Below are positions 1 through 8,282 of a stretch of DNA of 64,000 nt, piece by piece. How positions within the stretch are numbered: position 1 is the stretch's first letter; each line of letters opens with the position of its first letter. The notes under the pieces were generated by a model. That model saw only the letters and a program-made list of their open reading frames with translations. It ran no database searches and was not told the origin of the DNA. The position numbers were made by a program, and so were the translations under genes. Source of the DNA: Thiotrichaceae bacterium UBA7357 (GTDB lineage: Bacteria; Pseudomonadota; Gammaproteobacteria; Eutrophobiales; Eutrophobiaceae); NCBI GenBank assembly GCA_002470825.1, contig DKOR01000017.1, positions 5,015 through 69,014 of the forward strand, read 5' to 3'.

Positions 1-204
1 AATGAGCTTCGACACTAACCTGATAACAACTAATAGAGCCAAAGTCAGGCCTATTGATTTATGCAGCGTAAAGAACCAAGTACGCTCTTCTGAGCCTTTA
101 GGCAAATCAGACATATAAACACCCATACAAATCATAGCGATTATCATAATGGCCATAAGCCAATGAATGATTATTGCTATTTTACTGTAGCGCTGAATTT
201 CCAT
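1..204 (-). CDS. Cytochrome b561 family protein (5' part only, runs off the window edge)
   Basis: Not in the ORF track. Manual translation from ATG at 204 gives MEIQRYSKIAIIIHWLMAIMIIAMICMGVYMSDLPKGSEERTWFFTLHKSIGLTLALLVVIRL, with the RY..HW and HKSIG heme-ligand motifs of YceJ/CybB-type cytochrome b561. Confidence 0.85.
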   Translation of the reverse strand, partial: MEIQRYSKIAIIIHWLMAIMIIAMICMGVYMSDLPKGSEERTWFFTLHKSIGLTLALLVVIRLVSKLI

Positions 205-380
205 AATATTCAATATATCCCAAGTGTTAATCTCTCTCAAATTGTAATTCGTTAAACTATCTCGCATTTAGCCATTGATATTATGGCAATACTATCCCAA
301 TATTATACATTGATGAAATTTAAGCATTGTCTAAATTTGCATAGTTCGTCATAGATCTCAAAGGAATTACACATCACATA

Positions 381-953
381 ATGAAAATAATAACGCGCCA
401 TTTTCTCATTCTTGCTTCATTATTGATATTTAGTCTTTGCATAATGACTCCTCTGCATGCTAATGAGTATCAATTATTAATATCAAAGAAAAAAAATGAG
501 CTTATTGTTAAAAGTTCTGGTCAAATAGTGAAGAAATATTATATTGCTAGTGGCAAAGGTGGTGAAGGTACCAAACGTCTACGTGGTGACAGTAAAACAC
601 CTTTGGGTATGTATCAAGTAGCTAGTGTTAAAGAGAGCAGTCGCTTTCATTTTTTTATTCAGTTGGATTATCCAAACCTACTCGATGCTTGGTATGGTTA
701 TAAAAATAATATTATTGATGCTAATAATTTTAAACGTATCGCTACCGCATACAACAAACGTGAAGTGCCACCACAAGATACTGAATTAGGTGGCTTCATC
801 GGAATACATGGCATAGGTATTACTAATGAAGAAAAATTAAATATTCATGAGTCCTTCAATTGGACAGACGGCTGCATTGCTTTAACTAATGAAGGAATTA
901 ATGATTTGAAAAAGTTTGTGCTCATTGGCACTCAAGTAATAATTAGAGAATAA
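381..953 (+). CDS. L,D-transpeptidase (YkuD family), exported
   Basis: Signal peptide; GDSKTPLG motif; catalytic IGIHG...WTDGCIAL motif. Confidence 0.85.
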   Translation: MKIITRHFLILASLLIFSLCIMTPLHANEYQLLISKKKNELIVKSSGQIVKKYYIASGKGGEGTKRLRGDSKTPLGMYQVASVKESSRFHFFIQLDYPNLLDAWYGYKNNIIDANNFKRIATAYNKREVPPQDTELGGFIGIHGIGITNEEKLNIHESFNWTDGCIALTNEGINDLKKFVLIGTQVIIRE

Positions 954-1004
954 TCAACTAGTGTTAATTAAAAGAAATCGTAATTTTTTGCTACTTCTTG
1001 CATC

Positions 1005-1508
1005 ATGAAAAGAATATTTTCTTCTGTTAAATTCAATCAATTAACAATACGGACTATTGTTCTATGTCTGTTTGTATTACTCTGTGGTTGTGCAAATGAA
1101 TATGAGCAAATCTATGAAAAAAAATCAAAAAAAACCTTTGCCAATGTGATCCAGGATGCAGAATTTGCAATAACTGAAAATAATTTTAGAATAACAAATC
1201 GGCTTCATATAGGAAAAGCTATTAAAGAACGTGGTAATATCGATTTTCCACAAAATGAAGTGATACTATTTTGCAATCTCACCATCGCAGAAGAAATGTT
1301 GAGGATTGAACCTCGCTATATTAATTATTGTCCATACAAAGTAACAGTCACTGACTCTAATGAGTATGTAACAATAGCTACACGATTATTGCCGCTAGAA
1401 ACGAATAATTCGAAAATGAGCACAGTGTTTGAAACTATTAATAAAATACTCCGTTCGGTGGTAGAATATGCAGCATCGGAAGACCCGTTTATTTTAGACA
1501 AAATTTAA
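1005..1508 (+). CDS. DUF302-family protein, probable lipoprotein
   Basis: Lipobox-like LCGC; AITENNFRI, ILFCNL and YCPYKV pattern resembles DUF302 proteins. Confidence 0.6.
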   Translation: MKRIFSSVKFNQLTIRTIVLCLFVLLCGCANEYEQIYEKKSKKTFANVIQDAEFAITENNFRITNRLHIGKAIKERGNIDFPQNEVILFCNLTIAEEMLRIEPRYINYCPYKVTVTDSNEYVTIATRLLPLETNNSKMSTVFETINKILRSVVEYAASEDPFILDKI

Positions 1509-1526
1509 AAAGGTTATTATTACATA

Positions 1527-2270
1527 ATGAAAGTACATCATGAGCATAATCTTTTACTTCGATGGCTAATTTTAACTGGCCTTATCATGTTTGCTTTAAT
1601 AGTTGCATGGAATGAGGGAATCATTACTGCACTATTCAGTGTCGATCAAAGTAATATTTGCTGGGTGATCGCATTGGCATACCTGTTAGTCACTCTGCAC
1701 TGTGCAAGAAGAATTTATATGCTTTCATTACAAGCAAACCTGTCTATTCAAATTAACGATATTATTAAAAAGGAAGTTAAGCTTGATTTAGCGATCAACA
1801 AAGAGGAGATTTCGATTAATTCAAATGTTAAACTGCCTGACTGTTTCATGTCTGAGTATATTCGAGATCTTCATTATCGATATAATAATAAAACTAGTGC
1901 AGAAGATTTGATTTCATCCACCGATTTAGTTGACGTTTATGAATCACGTTTGAAAGGTCCCCAAGAAATTGGTTGGTTTGTTTCTGATATGATGTTGAAA
2001 CTAGGTCTCCTTGGCACTATTGTCGGATTTATATTCATGCTTGGTTCAGTTGCGAATATTGCCGATTTTGATGTTAGTGGAATGCAAAAAATATTGAAAC
2101 ATATGAGTAATGGTATGGGTACTGCCTTGTATACGACACTTGCAGGGTTGACCTGCAGTCTTTTATCAGCAACTCAATATCATATGCTAGATAGACATGC
2201 GGATGAACTTATAGAACTAACTCGTCACCTCACACAGGTCCATATCATTCCAAAGATCATAGGGAATTAA
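1527..2270 (+). CDS. MotA/TolQ/ExbB proton-channel family protein
   Basis: LGLLGTIVG and GMGTALYTTLAGL transmembrane motifs, plus two N-terminal hydrophobic helices. Confidence 0.85.
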   Translation: MKVHHEHNLLLRWLILTGLIMFALIVAWNEGIITALFSVDQSNICWVIALAYLLVTLHCARRIYMLSLQANLSIQINDIIKKEVKLDLAINKEEISINSNVKLPDCFMSEYIRDLHYRYNNKTSAEDLISSTDLVDVYESRLKGPQEIGWFVSDMMLKLGLLGTIVGFIFMLGSVANIADFDVSGMQKILKHMSNGMGTALYTTLAGLTCSLLSATQYHMLDRHADELIELTRHLTQVHIIPKIIGN

Positions 2271-2277
2271 TTAAGCG

Positions 2278-2871
2278 ATGAGTATTAAAGATCGTCTTAG
2301 GTCTGACCCCTTTACAGACCTTTTGTTTAATGCACTCTTGGGCTTTACGTTTTTGTTTTTAGTTGCCATCATGTTTATGAATCCTGAAGCAAAATCTGGA
2401 ATTATTGATCCCAAAGCAGAATATATATTAACTATAACATGGGAAGATAATAGTCCTGATGACGTCGATGTTTGGGTTGAAGATCCCGAAGGGCAAATAC
2501 TTTGGTTTAGAACTCCTGAAGCGGGATTATTGCACCTTGACCGTGATGATAGGGGTTTGGTCAATGACATCATCACCATTGCAGGCAAAGAAATTCAAAA
2601 TCCGCTAAATCAGGAAGTAGTAACGCTGAGAGGGGTGGTTAAGGGTGAATATATAGTCAACCTTCACTATTATGCTTCCGAAACGAAAACTCCTGTTGAT
2701 GTTAAGGTTCGATTGGTGAAAGTAAACCCTAAATTAGAAGTCATCTACTATGGTTCTGTTAACTTGGAAAAAAGAGGTGATGAAAAAACAGCTGTCAGAT
2801 TTAAAATTGGTGGCGATGGCAGCGTCTATGGAATAAATTTTCTACCAAAATCTCTTGTAGAACTTGGATAA
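2278..2871 (+). CDS. MotB/ExbD-like single-TM partner with a YfaP/DUF2135-like periplasmic domain
   Basis: PFTDLLFNALLGF TM segment with Asp at the MotB/ExbD position, followed by the pattern ITW..DDVDVWVEDPEG..LDRDD..QE..GEYIVNLHYY. Starts 7 nt after the MotA-like gene. Confidence 0.6.
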   Translation: MSIKDRLRSDPFTDLLFNALLGFTFLFLVAIMFMNPEAKSGIIDPKAEYILTITWEDNSPDDVDVWVEDPEGQILWFRTPEAGLLHLDRDDRGLVNDIITIAGKEIQNPLNQEVVTLRGVVKGEYIVNLHYYASETKTPVDVKVRLVKVNPKLEVIYYGSVNLEKRGDEKTAVRFKIGGDGSVYGINFLPKSLVELG

Positions 2872-2897
2872 AAAATAAAAACACTGGAGAAAAAATT

Positions 2898-3410
2898 ATG
2901 ATACTGGGTATAACTGGCATAATTTCAGCCTATATTTTAATTGGTTTACTTCTACTTAGCATCAATCTTTACTCTAAGTGGTCATGGAAAGTAAAAGCAA
3001 CGAGCATAATAATCACATCAGCGTTCTACATTATAACTTATTTTTCGTTTCCTCCATTAATCGGTTGGCCCACAACTGAGAAATTACCACCACAATTTCG
3101 TTTAATCTCAGCGCATGTAGAACAACCAAGTAAGGAAACCGGAAAAAAAGGCTTCATCTATCTCTGGATATCTGAGATTGAAAACATGTCAAGCACATAC
3201 GCACCGCGTGCTTATGAACTAGAGTATTCAAATGAATTGCATGAAAAAATCATCAACGTAAAGTCAAAATTAGATAAGGACATTGCACAATTAGGAGAAT
3301 TTAAAGAACCTGACGATACAATGAATCAAGTAAATGAACAACGGCGTGGTGTCAAGTCAGTCTATATTGAATTTTATGATCTACCAGATCCTCTTTTCCC
3401 GGAAAAATAG
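2898..3410 (+). CDS. Hypothetical membrane protein (2 N-terminal TM helices plus a soluble domain)
   Basis: GGAG SD site; two hydrophobic segments, then GWPT...IYLW...PRAYEL; co-oriented within the operon. Confidence 0.7.
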   Translation: MILGITGIISAYILIGLLLLSINLYSKWSWKVKATSIIITSAFYIITYFSFPPLIGWPTTEKLPPQFRLISAHVEQPSKETGKKGFIYLWISEIENMSSTYAPRAYELEYSNELHEKIINVKSKLDKDIAQLGEFKEPDDTMNQVNEQRRGVKSVYIEFYDLPDPLFPEK

Positions 3411-3424
3411 GACACACAGAATAA

Positions 3425-4927
3425 TTGAATAGAAACATATCAACTTTATTATTTTATTTATCTTTATCTGCATATTCTGGACATGTATTTTCTTGGAATA
3501 TATTAACAGATAAACTCGATATGAGTTGTGAGCAGTCTAAGACTACACTCAATTGTACATATCGAGCTTTAGTACCAAACATGATTACCGACATATCAGC
3601 AAACTCAAACACTGACCGCCTTCAAATAATTAAAATAAACCAATCATCTGAAGGTAAAAAATCAACTGCAATTTTATTTCTAGTTGATACAAGTGACCCT
3701 AATAGACAAAATGTTATCGAAAAGAATAAATCTCATATAAAAAAAATGTTAAGTAAAGTCAATTCAGATCATAAAGTTGGGCTCGCATCATTTGATAAAT
3801 CCATAAAGCTTTTAGCCCCTATAGGAACTTCGAAATTGTTATTGTCTAAGTCAGTAGATACTTTAAATGCAGATGGAAAAACAACTGAATTATATCGAAA
3901 TCTCATAAAAGCAATTGAACATTTAAAATCATTTACTGCGCATAGAAAATTGATTGTACTATTGTCGGATGGCCAAGCTGAAGACAAAGCATACTTTCAT
4001 AATGACGTCATCAGAGAAGCGAGAAAACATGCAGTCGTCATCAATTCAATTGGGTATCCAAGAACTGTTTCACTGTCTGTATCTTTACAAACAATGAGAA
4101 GACTGAGTGAAGAAACTGGTGGATTTTTTTTTGAAACTAACATGCGTTACGAATTACCATCAAAAATATTGACATCATTCATCAACAACCTGACTAATAC
4201 TCGTCAATTTACCGTTGAATTAGACTCTTTATCTCAGAACCACCCTGCACCAAAGACAATAACTCTCGTAGTTGAAAGTCAGAGCGGTGTAGAGAATATC
4301 AACATACCAGTGAAAATAAAAACTATACCAAAGTCTGTACAGACAGAGACAGATATTCCAAACTTAGAAACTCAAACTTCTAATACAGTAATTGCTGATG
4401 ATAATTCATTAATACAGGCACTAACAAAAAAAACAGGTAATAAATCAAGTAATTTTTGGCTTTGGTATGGACTACCTGTTTCGTTAATCATCATGATTAT
4501 CTTTATATTTACCATATTTTTTTTATTGTGGTATCGACATACTGAACCCAAATTGATTTCTGATAGTGATTATAAGGCTTATGCTTATTTAATAACTAAT
4601 GATGGAACTGAAACTCGATATCCAATAACAAGAGAAGTTTGGCGAATTGGCCGAAGTAAGGACAATGAATTAAATTTGAATGATAATTCTCTCTCACGGC
4701 GTCATGCTGAAGTTCACCGAAATAGCGATGGTACATTTATTATTGTTGACATGAATTCAATGAATGGAATATATATTAATAATGAAAAAATAGAAAAGAA
4801 AGAACTTCATGAGGGTGACGTTATTGAGATCGGAGATGTCTCATTCTACTTCACACAAACGACCTCAGATTACGCACTTGAAGAAGCTACTGTAATGGAA
4901 AAAACAAAAGCACCAATCGATGTCTAA
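3425..4927 (+). CDS. vWA domain - TM - FHA domain protein
   Basis: TTG start and signal-like N-terminus; vWA motifs LFLVDTS, TELY and LLSDG; TM WYGLPVSLIIMIIFIFTIFFLLW; FHA motifs IGR, SRRHA and SMNG. Confidence 0.8.
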   Translation: MNRNISTLLFYLSLSAYSGHVFSWNILTDKLDMSCEQSKTTLNCTYRALVPNMITDISANSNTDRLQIIKINQSSEGKKSTAILFLVDTSDPNRQNVIEKNKSHIKKMLSKVNSDHKVGLASFDKSIKLLAPIGTSKLLLSKSVDTLNADGKTTELYRNLIKAIEHLKSFTAHRKLIVLLSDGQAEDKAYFHNDVIREARKHAVVINSIGYPRTVSLSVSLQTMRRLSEETGGFFFETNMRYELPSKILTSFINNLTNTRQFTVELDSLSQNHPAPKTITLVVESQSGVENINIPVKIKTIPKSVQTETDIPNLETQTSNTVIADDNSLIQALTKKTGNKSSNFWLWYGLPVSLIIMIIFIFTIFFLLWYRHTEPKLISDSDYKAYAYLITNDGTETRYPITREVWRIGRSKDNELNLNDNSLSRRHAEVHRNSDGTFIIVDMNSMNGIYINNEKIEKKELHEGDVIEIGDVSFYFTQTTSDYALEEATVMEKTKAPIDV

Positions 4928-4935
4928 TTATTTAA

Positions 4936-5628
4936 TCAATTAATAGGTTCTATTAGTTCTATATAATCATTGATTAGGTCTATCATGGCTGATTCATTTA
5001 AAGATGGTTCATTTTCACCGAACCATTGTTGTTTATTCTCAACAATCAATCTCGATATATTCATAGCAATGTGTTTTACTTTGCCAGTGTTAATTTTCTC
5101 AGGGGCATTGACCAATAATGATGTAGCTGCTCCCAATACAATTTCTTTATGTTTTTGCAATAACGAATCAAATTCTGCTATTGCCAGGATAGGCTCATTC
5201 TGTTCAGGTTTGACTGTTTGAATAACAAAGGCTATCAATGCACTGAACTCAGTAGGAACCGTTATTCGACTAATCATTGCCCAGCGATACAAATCAATTG
5301 CCAAGACTTCCCATTGTTGAGCTGAATCGTCAATATTGATAATTGATAATAGTTTTTTAGAAACGCATTCTTGTGCATGCTTCCATAGTTCCAGCATTTT
5401 ATTTGAGACATCTTCTTCAATATCATAATGCTCTGGATCTATACCAAATAGTAGTGGAATACCTTCTTTATGCAGCAACCATTTTTCCTTACAAACCCAT
5501 TTTTCATATAATTTCTGCAATCTTAAATGTTCTTCATCATAGATCACTACTTCTTGAGTTTCTTTCGATATTGATATTTCTTTATTACGGTGATGTAATG
5601 CTACTTTGATTCTATTGATAATATCCAT
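4936..5628 (-). CDS. Hypothetical protein
   Basis: 230-aa ORF with ATG start, convergent on the vWA-FHA gene; no family recognised. Confidence 0.7.
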   Translation of the reverse strand: MDIINRIKVALHHRNKEISISKETQEVVIYDEEHLRLQKLYEKWVCKEKWLLHKEGIPLLFGIDPEHYDIEEDVSNKMLELWKHAQECVSKKLLSIINIDDSAQQWEVLAIDLYRWAMISRITVPTEFSALIAFVIQTVKPEQNEPILAIAEFDSLLQKHKEIVLGAATSLLVNAPEKINTGKVKHIAMNISRLIVENKQQWFGENEPSLNESAMIDLINDYIELIEPIN

Positions 5629-5918
5629 AACTACATACTTTCTATTAGACTATTGAAAGGAACATTCAATCCTTATATATCGATAACAAGAGACTGGTCT
5701 GATTTGACTATTTATCTTCTTAAGATTACATCAAGGGTAAATAAGAATTAAATTTTTAGCAAACTCATAAAATTGAGTCAGAGTTTTATTCCTTTTTAAA
5801 AAAAAATTTATTCAAATACTATTACAAAGAGTGAGTATATTTCTATGTTTTTGTAACGACTGATAAAAAAAATATCGAAAAATGTGATGAAAACTGTATA
5901 TTCATAAAAGATTGTTAA

Positions 5919-7262
5919 TTACGATTCAACAGCTTTTTCATATCCAGACCATACTATCTTCCATGAAGGTTCATCATCAGCGGCAAGATAGCCAATATCT
6001 GTACACATACCAGGTATTGCAACCAACATACCATTAACATAAATCATGGGAAATCTGTCTCTCTCCCATGGTAAAACACCCCGTTCTTGAAATAATTGCT
6101 TTACAGTTTTTGACTTAGAGAAATTATTTAGTCTCAACTTTTCACCACCAACCCTATATTGAACACTAATATTTTTATTCTCAATGTTTTTCTTTGATAA
6201 GCCGCATCCAATTTCTGTTTTTACAATTAGCGTCTCATTCATTATTTTTAAGGGACTAGGAATCTCCCATTTCAAATTGATACTATCAATATTTTTGTGT
6301 TTCCTTCTGAAAGCATACAGTAGTTTCTTATATTTCCTTACTTCAATATTTTTCCAGTTTACGCAATTCTCATTATCAGATTTTGAATTAATCAAATCTG
6401 AAATGATTTGATTAATATGCTTCGAGTTTGGTGATTCTAGTTCAAGTTTTTGAAGCCAAATAAAAATTATATTTTTCTGTCTTGTAACACTAAAATTTCG
6501 TAAGAGATTTAGACTTAATTGTTTTTTGTGAGATACGTTTTTAAAGTCTTCCAAACCTATCTCTCTCATTAAAGATGCACACTCTTGTTGATGTTCAAGT
6601 GAACGTAAAATTGTTTTGCGATAAGAAGACCATCTTTTCTCAAATACTGGAATAACACTATGTCTTAAGTAATTTCTATCAAACTTCGTATCCATATTAC
6701 TTGGATCTACTTGCCAAGATAATCTATTTTCTTCCGCATATAATTTTAATTCACTTCGACAATAGTTTAATAATGGACGAACATGTGTGGCATTCGCAAT
6801 ATCTTTGTAAATAGGCATTGATGATAAACCACGTGGCCCTGCACCGCGGAGAGCTTGTAAAAAAAAAGTTTCAACCTGATCATCCTGATGATGTGCTGTG
6901 AAGAGCAAATCACCTTTATTCATAACTTGAGCAATAAGTTCATATCTTTTTTTCCTCGCCCAGGCTTCAACACTACTACACTTTGGAACTTTTTCATTAA
7001 TATTTATTTGAGTGAATGACAGACCATAATAGTCACATTGGCTTCTACAGAAATCACCCCACTCGTCACTTTGCCTTTGTATCCCATGATCCACATAAAT
7101 GACTCCAAATGACTTTCCTATCTTTTCTCTATGAGAAAAAACAAGGTGTAGCAAGACACTAGAATCCATTCCACCACTACAAGCAATCCAGATTTTTTTT
7201 GTCTGTGGGAATGTATTTAGTATCAAATCAAAACTAAATTGTGAAAGTCGACTCGTTGACAC
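5919..7262 (-). CDS. tilS: tRNA(Ile)-lysidine synthetase
   Basis: SGGMDS PP-loop, AHHQDDQVET and DRNYLRH motifs; follows accA. Confidence 0.95.
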   Translation of the reverse strand: MSTSRLSQFSFDLILNTFPQTKKIWIACSGGMDSSVLLHLVFSHREKIGKSFGVIYVDHGIQRQSDEWGDFCRSQCDYYGLSFTQININEKVPKCSSVEAWARKKRYELIAQVMNKGDLLFTAHHQDDQVETFFLQALRGAGPRGLSSMPIYKDIANATHVRPLLNYCRSELKLYAEENRLSWQVDPSNMDTKFDRNYLRHSVIPVFEKRWSSYRKTILRSLEHQQECASLMREIGLEDFKNVSHKKQLSLNLLRNFSVTRQKNIIFIWLQKLELESPNSKHINQIISDLINSKSDNENCVNWKNIEVRKYKKLLYAFRRKHKNIDSINLKWEIPSPLKIMNETLIVKTEIGCGLSKKNIENKNISVQYRVGGEKLRLNNFSKSKTVKQLFQERGVLPWERDRFPMIYVNGMLVAIPGMCTDIGYLAADDEPSWKIVWSGYEKAVES

Positions 7263-7311
7263 GAAATATATCTATACACTAAACATAAATGAAAAAATCA
7301 AGAATGAAAGA

Positions 7312-8265
7312 TTAATTTTTCTTGAATTCACCGATTTGTCTTATCTTCTTTTGTCTTTTTAGAACAACTTCTTCAATTGGCATGTCACGCAGTTTTTTTA
7401 AGTCCTCAACTAAAGCGAATTTCAAACTATTTGCAATGCAATCAAAATCACGATGTGCACCTCCTAATGGTTCAGTAACCACACGATCTACTAAATTGAG
7501 TTCATTCAACTTTTGTGCCGTGATGCCCATTGCTGCTGCTGCTTCTTTGGCATTATCAGTACTTTTCCAAAGAATCGAAGCACATCCCTCGGGTGAGATT
7601 ACAGAATATGTGCTATATTGCAGCATCAACAAGCGATCACCAATACCAATGGCTAGCGCACCTCCTGACCCACCTTCTCCAATCACTGTTGCAATAATTG
7701 GAGTTTTCAATTCCGACATAGCCATCAAGTTTCTAGCAATAGCTTCGCTCTGACCTCGCTCTTCTGCATCGACACCTGGATAAGCTCCTGGTGTATCTAT
7801 AAATGTAAGTACCGGAAGATGAAAACACTCTGCCATCTGCATGATACGTAATGCTTTACGATAGCCTTCAGGTTTTGGCATTCCATAATTTCGCATAATT
7901 CTATCTTTAGTACCACGACCTTTCTGATGCCCTATGACAGCGACAGATTTTCCGTCTAGCCTTGCTATACCAGTGATAATTGCTGGGTCATCTGCAAAAT
8001 ATCGCTCTCCATGCAATTCTTGAAAATCGGTAAATATGAGATCAATATAATCTTGCGTGTACGGCCTTTCTGGATGACGTGCTACTTGAGAAACCTGCCA
8101 CGGACTCAATGAAGAAAAAATGGATTCTGTCAATTCATTACTACGTTTTTTGAGCCGTGAAATCTCTTCGTTAATATTTATTTTTTTATCATTCCCTACG
8201 TGGCGTAATTCCTCAATTTTAGCCTCGAGCTCGGCAATCGGTTGTTCAAAATCTAGGAAATTCAT
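7312..8265 (-). CDS. accA: Acetyl-CoA carboxylase carboxyltransferase alpha subunit
   Basis: [26 protein letters not shown] and [10 protein letters not shown] motifs. Confidence 0.97.
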   Translation of the reverse strand: MNFLDFEQPIAELEAKIEELRHVGNDKKININEEISRLKKRSNELTESIFSSLSPWQVSQVARHPERPYTQDYIDLIFTDFQELHGERYFADDPAIITGIARLDGKSVAVIGHQKGRGTKDRIMRNYGMPKPEGYRKALRIMQMAECFHLPVLTFIDTPGAYPGVDAEERGQSEAIARNLMAMSELKTPIIATVIGEGGSGGALAIGIGDRLLMLQYSTYSVISPEGCASILWKSTDNAKEAAAAMGITAQKLNELNLVDRVVTEPLGGAHRDFDCIANSLKFALVEDLKKLRDMPIEEVVLKRQKKIRQIGEFKKN

Positions 8266-8282
8266 ATTGTCAAATAAGGTTA

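Noticed and set aside
2271-2588. Antisense ORF over the motor B gene, and the many similar 60-140 aa shadow ORFs across the core cluster
   Set aside because: They lie opposite or out of frame within well-supported genes and carry no recognisable motifs.
1527-2871. Zorya (ZorAB) anti-phage system or flagellar MotAB
   Set aside because: The A subunit lacks the long ZorA tail, the B subunit lacks an OmpA-like domain, and no zorC/D/E or flagellar genes are adjacent.
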